Below, piece after piece: positions 1 through 11,007 of a DNA stretch of 64,000 bases. Position 1 is the stretch's first letter. Each line of letters begins with the position of its first letter. Under the pieces are notes generated by a model. It did no database searches. It saw only the letters and a list, made by a program, of their open reading frames with translations, and had not been told where the DNA came from. A program made the position numbers and the translations under genes. Source of the stretch: Arcobacteraceae bacterium (GTDB lineage: Bacteria; Campylobacterota; Campylobacteria; Campylobacterales; Arcobacteraceae); NCBI GenBank assembly GCA_023229945.1, contig JALNYH010000002.1:21548-85547 (forward strand), given 5' to 3'.

Positions 1-91
1 TTTTTGAATATTTTTGTAGCAATCTATTTAATAAAAACCTTATTTCTTCTTCATCATCTACAATTAAAAGATTAAGTTTTGATAAATACAT
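1..91 (-). CDS. response regulator receiver domain, N-terminal fragment (gene runs off the left edge)
   Basis: Minus-strand ATG at 91..89 preceded by GAGG. Translation MYLSKLNLLIVDDEEEIRFLLNRLLQKYSK has the LLIVDDE acidic pocket of CheY-like receivers. Only 30 codons are visible. Confidence 0.5.
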   Translation of the reverse strand, partial: MYLSKLNLLIVDDEEEIRFLLNRLLQKYSK

Positions 92-159
92 ATTTTACCT
101 CATTTGTATATAACTTTATAAAATTGATTTAATTATACACAAAAATTTAAATTATAATT

Positions 160-173
160 TTGACATTCATCAA
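160..173 (-). promoter_or_regulatory. FNR/DNR-type box TTGAC-ATTC-ATCAA
   Basis: Dyad centre 166.5. Minus-strand TATAAT (rc of 132..137) lies exactly 29.5 nt from the centre. About 70 nt upstream of the receiver-gene ATG at 91. Confidence 0.6.
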
Positions 174-253
174 ATTAAGAATAAAAATTTCTAATAGATA
201 AATATAAGTATTTGATATGTAGTAAAGGAAAGGAATATTTGATTTTTTCTAAA

Positions 254-658
254 TTAAAGATTTTTTTCTAAATTAATTTCATAAAAAGTTTTCTCTAAAA
301 AACTATTTTTTATTGCGGTTTTTGGCTTTTGCCAACTATCATGAAGTTGACATTTTTTATCATTATTACATAATCCATTACCAAGTACACATAACTTATA
401 ACTATTATCTGCAAGTGCATTTAGTACATCTTTGATTATAAGTTCTTTTGTATCTTTTGATAAAATAAACCCACCATATCTACCTTTAATGGAAGCTATT
501 ATATTGCTCTTGGATAGTTTTGTCATTACTTTAGTGAGATATTTGTAAGGTATATCTAAAGTATCGGATAAATATTTGGCACTATATAATTCTTGTGGTT
601 TTAAAGACATAAGACCTACCACTTTTAGGGCATATTGTGAAGTAGTATTAAGTGTCAC
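254..658 (-). CDS. Rrf2-family transcriptional regulator (NsrR/IscR-like)
   Basis: 134 aa. N-terminal wHTH (SQYALKVVGLM...DIPYKYLTKVMTKL...GRYGGF) and three clustered Cys (CVLGNGLCNNDKKC) as in Fe-S Rrf2 regulators. Last gene of the nor-operon strand. Confidence 0.8.
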   Translation of the reverse strand: MTLNTTSQYALKVVGLMSLKPQELYSAKYLSDTLDIPYKYLTKVMTKLSKSNIIASIKGRYGGFILSKDTKELIIKDVLNALADNSYKLCVLGNGLCNNDKKCQLHDSWQKPKTAIKNSFLEKTFYEINLEKNL

Positions 659-751
659 ATAGATTCCTTTAAAATTTTTTCAATTCTAACAAATTTTTCT
701 TTCTTTGTCAATAATACCATCTTTAAATCGTATATAAAAACTCACTCTACT

Positions 752-994
752 TTAGTGTAAAATAGCTATTAAAGATAATACAACTAAAAGCCAAATAAGA
801 GGTATAAGTCTATATTTAAATCTAACATTTTTCAAATCCATAAAATAATCAATAACCAACTGCCCTTTTATCAGTGTACTAAGAAGTAAAATTCCAACAA
901 GTAAATTTGGTATAAAGTCTAAATTTCCCAATACAAAAGCAAAAATAGTAAGTGCCAACAAAACTATCCAAACAATTTCTAAAGTTTTTTTCAT
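752..994 (-). CDS. small 3-TM membrane protein in the NorF / oxidase subunit IV-like position
   Basis: Start moved to MKKTLEIVWIV (ATG 994, ATGA-type overlap with the upstream gene end at 991). Hydrophobic throughout. Follows the NorE-like gene as norF does in norCBQDEF clusters. Confidence 0.45.
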   Translation of the reverse strand: MKKTLEIVWIVLLALTIFAFVLGNLDFIPNLLVGILLLSTLIKGQLVIDYFMDLKNVRFKYRLIPLIWLLVVLSLIAILH

Positions 995-1584
995 ATTATA
1001 TACACCAAAGGAAAAAGTACAATCCACAACAAATCAACCATATGCCAATATGAAGCTCCAGTTTCCAAACCACTACAATTATCTGGCGTATATCCTTGAA
1101 GTCTAGTTTTTTGATAGAGAGTAAACAATATTACCATACCCAAAATAACATGTAAAAAATGAAAAACAGTCAAAAACAGATAAAACATAAAAAACTTATT
1201 GGTACTTAGTGTAATACCTTGAGCAAATAGATGGTTAAACTCATAAATCTTAAATACCAAAAATCCTCCACCCAAAAGCATAGCTCCTAAAAGCCATTTT
1301 GATGATAGAAGACTAGTTTTGAGCAAAGAGTTTTTTGATAGTTTTATCGTGTGTACAGCTTTTGCTACAAAATAACTGCTTGTTATCAAAAGTATTGTGT
1401 TTACAAAACCTATGGTTTGATTTACCAAAACTTGCGAATCAATAAAAACTTCTAAATCTTGCTTTCTTGAATACGCATATCCCAAAAACAACAACCCAAA
1501 AGTCAACAACTCTATATAAATAATCACCCAAATTGCAAAATCCCCAGGTGGATACTGCTCTTCTACATAACTATTTTTTGACAT
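991..1584 (-). CDS. norE: cytochrome c oxidase subunit III-like protein (NorE-like)
   Basis: 197 aa, multi-TM. C-terminal HMVDLLWIVLFPLVYI and FHFLHVILG motifs are typical of CoxIII/NorE. Embedded in the nor operon. Confidence 0.7.
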   Translation of the reverse strand: MSKNSYVEEQYPPGDFAIWVIIYIELLTFGLLFLGYAYSRKQDLEVFIDSQVLVNQTIGFVNTILLITSSYFVAKAVHTIKLSKNSLLKTSLLSSKWLLGAMLLGGGFLVFKIYEFNHLFAQGITLSTNKFFMFYLFLTVFHFLHVILGMVILFTLYQKTRLQGYTPDNCSGLETGASYWHMVDLLWIVLFPLVYII

Positions 1585-2368
1585 CTAAACTCTTTGGAAA
1601 GTGCAATAGTATCAGTTTTTCAAGTACTCCTAAAACTTCACTTTCATCACTTAATGACTCTACAACTGTGTGCATACAAGCTTGGTATGGGTCAAATCCT
1701 TTGACTATAAGTTTTCCTGCATAAATAAGAAGTCTTGTTGAAACTGCTTCTTGAATATCCACATCACTAAGCTGTCTCACTTCTTTTGCTATATTGACTA
1801 GTTTTTGAGCTATTGTATCATCTATACCGCTTTCTTTTTTGATAACTTCTTTTTCTATTTCTTCTTTTGGATAATCAAAACTTAGTGAAATAAATCTTTG
1901 TTTTGTACTTGGTTTCATCCCTTTTAAAACATTTTGATACCCTGGATTATAAGATACCACAAGCATAAAATCAGGATGAGCTTCTATTGTCTCACCTGTT
2001 CTATCTATACTCAAAACCCTCCTATAATCTGCAAGAGAATGAAGCACTACTGTAGTATCTTTTCTAGCTTCTATTATCTCATCAAGATAGCAAATACCGC
2101 CATATCTAACAGCTTTTGTCAAAGGTCCATCTTGCCAATAAGTACCATTTTCACCAATAAGATGTCGCCCTATCAAATCAGCTGCACTCAAATCATCATG
2201 GCAAACAACCGTATACACATCTCTTTTTAGCTCTTCTCCCATATATTCTATAAATCTTGTTTTTCCACATCCAGTAGGTCCTTTGATAAGCACTGGCAAG
2301 TTCATCTGTGCAGCAGTTGTAAAAAGTTCCACTTCATTTGATTGGGCTAGGTAATAGTTTTTTGACAT
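1571..2368 (-). CDS. norQ: NorQ/CbbQ MoxR-type AAA+ ATPase
   Basis: 265 aa. Walker A GPTGCGKT, Walker B YLDEI. Sits between norD and norE. Confidence 0.85.
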   Translation of the reverse strand: MSKNYYLAQSNEVELFTTAAQMNLPVLIKGPTGCGKTRFIEYMGEELKRDVYTVVCHDDLSAADLIGRHLIGENGTYWQDGPLTKAVRYGGICYLDEIIEARKDTTVVLHSLADYRRVLSIDRTGETIEAHPDFMLVVSYNPGYQNVLKGMKPSTKQRFISLSFDYPKEEIEKEVIKKESGIDDTIAQKLVNIAKEVRQLSDVDIQEAVSTRLLIYAGKLIVKGFDPYQACMHTVVESLSDESEVLGVLEKLILLHFPKSLDVKK

Positions 2369-2378
2369 TTTTTTCCTT

Positions 2379-5538
<3,160 letters not shown>

Positions 5539-5541
5539 CTA

Positions 5542-5988
5542 CTATCCTTCAATTGTCGGTGGCCATTCATTGGCATTTACTTTTGATGTCCAAATCAAGA
5601 AATCAGATAAAAAATCTACTTGTTCTTGTGTCAAATTAAACTGTGGCATTTTTCTTCTATGAGGTGTATCCAAAGGCTGTGCAGCCATCCAACCTTGCAT
5701 ATAGTCTTTAAATGCCACTTCATCAGAACCGCCTCTTCTTTGAAATACATTCATAAGCTCAGGTGCATAATATGCTCCCTCTCCTATAATTGTATGACAA
5801 CCAACACAGTTATTATCTTCCCATATTTTCTTACCAGCTACAACACTTGCAGTCATATCTTGCTGATTTGATCTATGTGGTATCTGATTTACTGTATCAA
5901 ATGTAAGGGCAAAAAATATCAATAATGCAAATGCTCCACCACCATAATAAATATTTTTTGCCATACTTTTCGTTATACGCTCAGTCAT
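5542..5988 (-). CDS. norC: nitric oxide reductase cytochrome c subunit NorC
   Basis: 148 aa. N-terminal TM anchor, CVGCH heme c motif followed by GEGAYYAPEL. Confidence 0.9.
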   Translation of the reverse strand: MTERITKSMAKNIYYGGGAFALLIFFALTFDTVNQIPHRSNQQDMTASVVAGKKIWEDNNCVGCHTIIGEGAYYAPELMNVFQRRGGSDEVAFKDYMQGWMAAQPLDTPHRRKMPQFNLTQEQVDFLSDFLIWTSKVNANEWPPTIEG

Positions 5989-6099
5989 TTATAATCCTTT
6001 TTTAAATTCTACCTAGAAGTAGTATTTGGAATCATATCAAAAAAATATTAAATATTTCTTAAGCCAAGTTTTTAATACTTACAAACAAATATTTGAGTA

Positions 6100-6113
6100 T
6101 TGATATCAATCAA
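6100..6113. promoter_or_regulatory. FNR/DNR-type box TTGAT-ATCA-ATCAA shared by divergent norC and peroxidase promoters
   Basis: Centre 6106.5. Plus-strand TATAAT at 6135..6140 and minus-strand TATTAA (rc of 6072..6077), each about 29 nt from the centre. Confidence 0.6.
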
Positions 6114-6168
6114 TGGAATATTTTGTGAAATAAGTTATAATACTACCAATTACATATTGGAGTTGAAT

Positions 6169-7152
6169 ATGAAAAAGATTTTCTTATTAATAGCTATTGT
6201 AATCAATTTGTTAGTTGCAGATAATATATTGCTAGAAAAAGCTCAAAAAGCCAACCTTTTACCAATACCTTCAAGCACATCTGAACTCCTAAAGCTTATC
6301 GATGAGCCACAAAATCCGATAACAGATGCAAAAATAGAACTTGGTAAAAAGCTTTTTTTTGATCCAAGACTATCCAAAAGTAATCTTATAAGTTGTAATA
6401 CTTGTCATAATCTAGGACTTGCTGGTGTAGATGGTGTAAGTACAGCTATTGGAGACAACTGGCAAGCAAATCCACAACATTTAAACTCACCTACAGTATA
6501 TAACTCTGTATTTTTGACTTTTCAATTTTGGGATGGGAGAAGTCCACATTTAGCTGACCAAGCCAAAGGTCCACTAACTGCACCTTTTGAAATGGCATCG
6601 AAGCCAGAAGATTTAGCCAAAAAAATTTCATCTATAAAAGGGTATCAAGAGCTTTTTGACCAAACTTATGGACAAAATACACAAATCACATTTGAGCTTA
6701 TTGCCGATACCATTGCTATTTTTGAAAAAACTCTTGTTACACCATCAAAATTTGATAAGTTTTTAGAAGGTGATATGGATATCTTAAGTGAAAAAGAAAA
6801 AAAAGGATTACATACATTTATAGATAAAAGATGTGTTAGTTGTCACAATGGTGTAGCACTTGGTGGTATGATGAAATATTTTGTAATGAAAAATTTTACA
6901 TACAAAGATATAGGCTCTTTTAGTGGAAATGATAATTTTTTAGTTAAAGTTCCAACTTTGAGAAATATATCAAAAACTGCACCATATTTTCATAATGGTA
7001 GTGTATGGTCTTTAAATGAAGCTGTTTTAGAAATGGCTAGAATACAATTAAAACTTAAAATCACAGATGAAGAAGCTCAAAGTATTGTTGATTTTCTAAA
7101 ATCACTTGATGGAGATATGCCCAATATTACATACCCTACACTACCATATTAA
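6169..7152 (+). CDS. di-heme cytochrome c peroxidase (CCP/MauG family)
   Basis: Start moved to MKKIFLLIAIV (ATG 6169, GGAG 8 nt upstream). Signal peptide, two heme motifs CNTCH and CVSCH, PTLRN motif. Confidence 0.85.
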   Translation: MKKIFLLIAIVINLLVADNILLEKAQKANLLPIPSSTSELLKLIDEPQNPITDAKIELGKKLFFDPRLSKSNLISCNTCHNLGLAGVDGVSTAIGDNWQANPQHLNSPTVYNSVFLTFQFWDGRSPHLADQAKGPLTAPFEMASKPEDLAKKISSIKGYQELFDQTYGQNTQITFELIADTIAIFEKTLVTPSKFDKFLEGDMDILSEKEKKGLHTFIDKRCVSCHNGVALGGMMKYFVMKNFTYKDIGSFSGNDNFLVKVPTLRNISKTAPYFHNGSVWSLNEAVLEMARIQLKLKITDEEAQSIVDFLKSLDGDMPNITYPTLPY

Positions 7153-7212
7153 TCTTGGTTTCATTATATTTTGATATTTTAAAGAATAATTTAAATATTT
7201 AATCTAATTTTC

Positions 7213-7226
7213 TTGACTTAGGTCAA
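7213..7226 (+). promoter_or_regulatory. FNR/DNR-type box TTGAC-TTAG-GTCAA
   Basis: Centre 7219.5. Extended -10 TGtTAAACT at 7246..7254 (hexamer starts 29.5 nt from the centre). Upstream of the Crp/Fnr gene at 7293. Confidence 0.7.
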
Positions 7227-7292
7227 ATTCTTTTTCTTAATTTTTTGTTAAACTTTAAAATTCAAGAAAATAATTAAGAAAGAGGTTTTAAT

Positions 7293-7931
7293 ATGAAGAA
7301 TATTTTACAAAATATTAAATATTTTGCTTCATTTGATGACTATAGTTTTGAAAGGTTGTCATCAATATCTTTTACAAAAAGATTGGTTAATGGTGAGATA
7401 TTATTTTATGAAGGTGATGAACCTAGATATATATATTATCTAATCAAAGGACATCTAAAGGTACTCAAAAGCCAAGGTGATTTAAAACAAGTTTATATTC
7501 ATACTATGTGTCCAGGTATGCTAGTCGCTGAAATCACAATGTTTGATGATATACTTTATCCAGCTACTTCAGAAGCTATAGGTGAATGTGAAGTATTAGC
7601 TATAAATAAAAATGATTTTATAAAAGATTTTCTAAATGACCCTTCACTTCTTAGAGAAATGTTAAAATCTCTGAGTATCAAAGTCAAATATTTGATGATG
7701 TCTATTGAATTTGAAACTACACTCACTACAGAAGTAAAAATAGCAAAATTTATCATCAATCATCAAAATGAAATTTCAAAAATCAAACATAAAGATATTG
7801 CTATGGAGCTAAATAGTACACCAGAGACAATCTCAAGAATTCTAAAAAAATTTGTAACAAATAGTTTCCTAGAAAAATCCAACCCAATCACTATCAAAAA
7901 CTTACAAGGATTAAGAATATTATGCAACTAA
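7293..7931 (+). CDS. Crp/Fnr-family transcriptional regulator (DNR/NnrR/NssR-like, no FNR Cys cluster)
   Basis: 212 aa. cNMP-binding-like beta-roll plus C-terminal HTH with PETISR (E--SR recognition motif). No N-terminal Cys cluster. Confidence 0.85.
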   Translation: MKNILQNIKYFASFDDYSFERLSSISFTKRLVNGEILFYEGDEPRYIYYLIKGHLKVLKSQGDLKQVYIHTMCPGMLVAEITMFDDILYPATSEAIGECEVLAINKNDFIKDFLNDPSLLREMLKSLSIKVKYLMMSIEFETTLTTEVKIAKFIINHQNEISKIKHKDIAMELNSTPETISRILKKFVTNSFLEKSNPITIKNLQGLRILCN

Positions 7932-8128
7932 CAGATATCACAAATATAGTAGTTTATTTAGTTTTTGTTGGAGCATTAATGATATTTTCTTTATATCCAG
8001 CAATTTGGATAAGTGAAAAATTATCTTTAAAATCACAATTATTTGCAAATAATTCTAGAACTATTACTATTATTCTCACTATAACTTTTGCTAGTATTGC
8101 TTCTTTATTCTTATATTCTTCAAGATAG
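7922..8128 (+). CDS. hypothetical small 2-TM membrane protein
   Basis: 68-aa ORF overlapping the regulator stop by 10 nt. Two hydrophobic helices. No recognisable family. Confidence 0.3.
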   Translation: MQLTDITNIVVYLVFVGALMIFSLYPAIWISEKLSLKSQLFANNSRTITIILTITFASIASLFLYSSR

Positions 8129-8221
8129 ACTATTTCTCTTTATATCTTTTATCTATTAAAAAACTGAACTATTAATTTAAATAAAATATTAATTTAATTT
8201 AATCAAATACTATTAAAAAAG

Positions 8222-8235
8222 TTGATGATTGTCAA
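8222..8235 (+). promoter_or_regulatory. FNR/DNR-type box TTGAT-GATT-GTCAA
   Basis: Centre 8228.5. TACAAT at 8258..8263, 29.5 nt from the centre. Upstream of the membrane protein / second norCB operon. Confidence 0.7.
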
Positions 8236-8296
8236 TTGTAAAACTTTTATTTTGTTCTACAATTGCTCAAGGTAAAAATTTGATAAGGAGTCAGAA

Positions 8297-8626
8297 ATGT
8301 TAAATGAAATTGTTAGGTCAAGACCAGAGATTGCATTGAATGATTTTTTACCTATATTTTTATCATCATCACTTGTGCTTATTTTTGGAGTCTTTTTTGT
8401 AGCTATTTACACATTAGTCAAAATGGGTTTGCTTAGAGGTTTTTTTATGCCTTTTGCATATTTATTTTGGGGACTTCAAACATATTGTATGTATTTTATG
8501 GCTGTAACCATTCAAGTAGAACCATTTACGCAAAATGCACTTATGCTAGCAATGCTAGCATATCTTACTTTGCCTCATTTGTACTTCTATTTGAATGAAA
8601 AAGCAGACGAAAAATACGAAAATTAA
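8297..8626 (+). CDS. hypothetical 3-TM membrane protein, first gene of the second NOR operon
   Basis: 109 aa, AGGAG RBS. Hydrophobic, no family recognised. Confidence 0.5.
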   Translation: MLNEIVRSRPEIALNDFLPIFLSSSLVLIFGVFFVAIYTLVKMGLLRGFFMPFAYLFWGLQTYCMYFMAVTIQVEPFTQNALMLAMLAYLTLPHLYFYLNEKADEKYEN

Positions 8627-8644
8627 AGAAAGGGAGGTAGCAAA

Positions 8645-9292
8645 GTGTCTAAAAAAGTTTCTGTCTGGGCAGACAACAAATTTTGGCAACGATCAGCTGC
8701 ATGGGTCACAGGTTTTGCTGCGATGTTGTTAATTTGGCTTACTTTTGATAGTATGGGTCAAATTTCAATGGGAACAGCAACTGAACTAAATAATGGTGTA
8801 ACAAAAAGAGTTCCATCACCAACAGTTATAAATCATAAGGTAACTTATGAGATGAGTGAAAAAAGAGGACACGAGGTGCCAGTAATTGGTGGTAAAGAAT
8901 TGTTTTTTGGAAGAGATGATTATAGTGAAGAAGAAGCTGGTGCATTACTTCGTCTTGGAAAGCTAGGCATACAGGCAAAAAACTGTATGAATTGTCATAC
9001 ACTTCTTGGAAATGGTGCATATTATGCTCCAGATTTGACAAAAGCTTGGCTTGACCCTATGTGGGAAAGCTATATAGCAAGAACTGAAAAATCTACAAAA
9101 GAAGAGGCTATTGCAGAGTTTTTACAAAACCCTTCAATGTATCCATCACATGAAAGAATGATGCCAAATCTTGGCATAACTGCTGAAGAAGCAAAAGGAA
9201 TCGTAGCCTTTTTGAAACATATGTCTTCAATTGATACAAATGGTTTCCCTAGAAACTTCGGAAGAATGCAAGGAGCTATCCATGGTAAATAG
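8645..9292 (+). CDS. NorC-like membrane-anchored monoheme cytochrome c (second copy, extended)
   Basis: GTG start after GGGAGG. 215 aa, TM anchor, CMNCH followed by GNGAYYAPDL (same context as NorC at 5542..5988), but about 65 aa longer. Confidence 0.75.
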   Translation: MSKKVSVWADNKFWQRSAAWVTGFAAMLLIWLTFDSMGQISMGTATELNNGVTKRVPSPTVINHKVTYEMSEKRGHEVPVIGGKELFFGRDDYSEEEAGALLRLGKLGIQAKNCMNCHTLLGNGAYYAPDLTKAWLDPMWESYIARTEKSTKEEAIAEFLQNPSMYPSHERMMPNLGITAEEAKGIVAFLKHMSSIDTNGFPRNFGRMQGAIHGK

Positions 9293-10709
9293 TTTTAATA
9301 CTTTACAATATGAATCAAAAAAATTAGGTGTTATGTATTTTACAGTAGCAGCTATACTTTTAGGGGCTCAATTATTACTAGGACTAGTTGCTGCAATTCA
9401 GTTTATTTATCCAAGTTTTTTATTTGAAATTTTAGATTTTAATGTTGCTAGAATGGTACATATTAATGCTCTTGTAGTTTGGTTACTTTATGCGATGATT
9501 GGTTCTGTTTACTTTTTGATGCCAGATGAAACTGGGATTGAAACTGTAGGAATTGGTCTTGGCAAACTTGGATTTTATGTCTTAACTGCAGCTGTTACTG
9601 TTGTTGTTTTGGTATATATTTTGGTACAAGTTGGACCTGCTAGTGAATCTACAATATGGCTTATTAATGAAGGTAGAGAATATATAGAAGCTCCAAGATG
9701 GGCTGATATTGGTATCGTTGTAGTTGTTTTAGTTTTTTTAGCAAATGTTTATCTAACTGCTATAAAAGGTGAAAGAACAGGAATTATGACTGTATTGATG
9801 GCTGACCTTATGGCTCTTGCTGGGCTTTATTTAGCTGGTATGTTTTATACAGACAATATTTCTATGGATCAATACTGGTGGTGGTGGGTTATCCACTTAT
9901 GGGTTGAAGCAACTTGGGAAGTATTCGTAGCTTCTATTATTGGATGGGCGTTAATCAAGATTATTGGTGCAAACAGAGAAATAGTAGAAATGTGGTTATG
10001 GATTGAAGTTGCAATGCTTTTTGGTTCTGGAATTTTGGGTATAGGACACCATTATTTTTGGATTGGAACACCTGAATATTGGTGGGAAATTGGGGCATTA
10101 TTTAGTGCTTTAGAGCCTATTCCATTGGTTGCTATGTTTGTACATGTTATGTATGACTGGGGTAAAGAAGCTGGAGTCAAAAAAGCTCATGGTGAAGAAG
10201 CTGTTATGAACAACAACCCTGCATTTTTATGGTTTGTTGGGAGTGCATTTGGAAACTTCCTTGGTGCTGGTGTATGGGGCTTTTTCCACACATTACCACA
10301 AGTAAATATTTATACACATGGTACTCAGTTTACTGCAGCTCATGGTCACCTTGCATTTTTCGGTGCTTTTGCGATGGCGATGATTGCTATGTTTTATATG
10401 GGTGTTCAAGCTACCAACGGTATAGAAAGAATGAAAATGACATTTGCATCAAAAATGGGATTTGCATTGATTTGTATCGGTGTTGTAGGGATGACTGTAG
10501 CTCTTACAATAGCAGGTTATGGACAAGTTCTTGTTGAAAGAGCTCAAATGGGTGCTACTTGGGAAGCTTACTTTATCTCTCAAAATGGTCATTGGTTCCT
10601 TCAAGCGATGGGCTGGAGACTTGTAATGGGTATTGTAACACTTGTTGGTTTTGCTTATTTGGTTTATGATTTGCTAACAATTGGTAAATCTAAAGTTCAA
10701 AACGGTTAA
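9282..10709 (+). CDS. NorB-like nitric oxide reductase large subunit (second copy)
   Basis: Start moved to MVNSFNTLQY (ATG 9282, 11-nt overlap with the upstream stop). [19 protein letters not shown] and [12 protein letters not shown] conserved as in cNOR NorB. Confidence 0.8.
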   Translation: MVNSFNTLQYESKKLGVMYFTVAAILLGAQLLLGLVAAIQFIYPSFLFEILDFNVARMVHINALVVWLLYAMIGSVYFLMPDETGIETVGIGLGKLGFYVLTAAVTVVVLVYILVQVGPASESTIWLINEGREYIEAPRWADIGIVVVVLVFLANVYLTAIKGERTGIMTVLMADLMALAGLYLAGMFYTDNISMDQYWWWWVIHLWVEATWEVFVASIIGWALIKIIGANREIVEMWLWIEVAMLFGSGILGIGHHYFWIGTPEYWWEIGALFSALEPIPLVAMFVHVMYDWGKEAGVKKAHGEEAVMNNNPAFLWFVGSAFGNFLGAGVWGFFHTLPQVNIYTHGTQFTAAHGHLAFFGAFAMAMIAMFYMGVQATNGIERMKMTFASKMGFALICIGVVGMTVALTIAGYGQVLVERAQMGATWEAYFISQNGHWFLQAMGWRLVMGIVTLVGFAYLVYDLLTIGKSKVQNG

Positions 10710-10719
10710 GGAGTAAATT

Positions 10720-10878
10720 ATGATAGAACCATTTACAGATATTGTACCAAGTTTTTTTGGTATGTTAAATCAAGGTCCATTGACATTGACATTATTCTTG
10801 CATACGGTGATTATATTACCTATGTTTTGGATATATGCTCAAGAAAAGAAAAGATTGGAAGAAGAAAACCAAGATTAA
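10720..10878 (+). CDS. possible 52-aa single-TM protein downstream of the second norB
   Basis: Hand-translated MIEPFTDIVPSFFGMLNQGPLTLTLFLHTVIILPMFWIYAQEKKRLEEENQD. AAGGAG 7 nt upstream of the ATG. Below the ORF-track size cutoff. Confidence 0.4.
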   Translation: MIEPFTDIVPSFFGMLNQGPLTLTLFLHTVIILPMFWIYAQEKKRLEEENQD

Positions 10879-10886
10879 AAAAAGTT

Positions 10887-10916
10887 ATATAGAAGAGAGG
10901 AAAGTCTCTTCTATAT
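10887..10916 (+). terminator. 12-bp perfect hairpin after the second NOR operon
   Basis: atatagaagaga / tctcttctatat arms with loop ggaaag. No clear T-tract, so possibly only a partial terminator ahead of nirS. Confidence 0.45.
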
Positions 10917-11007
10917 GTAAGTTTGAGAAAACTTGTCGGGATGATAACTTATTTTTTATAAATCTAAGTTTAATCCAAATAAATGATTTTTTATATAAGG
11001 AGAAAGT

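Noticed and set aside
6100-6168. Upstream extension of the peroxidase ORF
   Set aside because: It overlaps the regulator box and -10. The signal peptide begins at the ATG at 6169, which has a GGAG RBS.
9231-9281. Track start of the second norB (MIQMVSLETSEECKELS)
   Set aside because: It overlaps the NorC2 C-terminus by 60 nt. The ATG at 9282 gives the usual short overlap and a normal NorB N-terminus.
10933-10947. Near-match ttgtcgggatgataa upstream of nirS as an FNR-type box
   Set aside because: Both half-sites deviate (TTGTC / TGATA) and no -10-like hexamer sits at the 29.5-nt spacing seen at the other boxes. nirS probably uses read-through or a different promoter.
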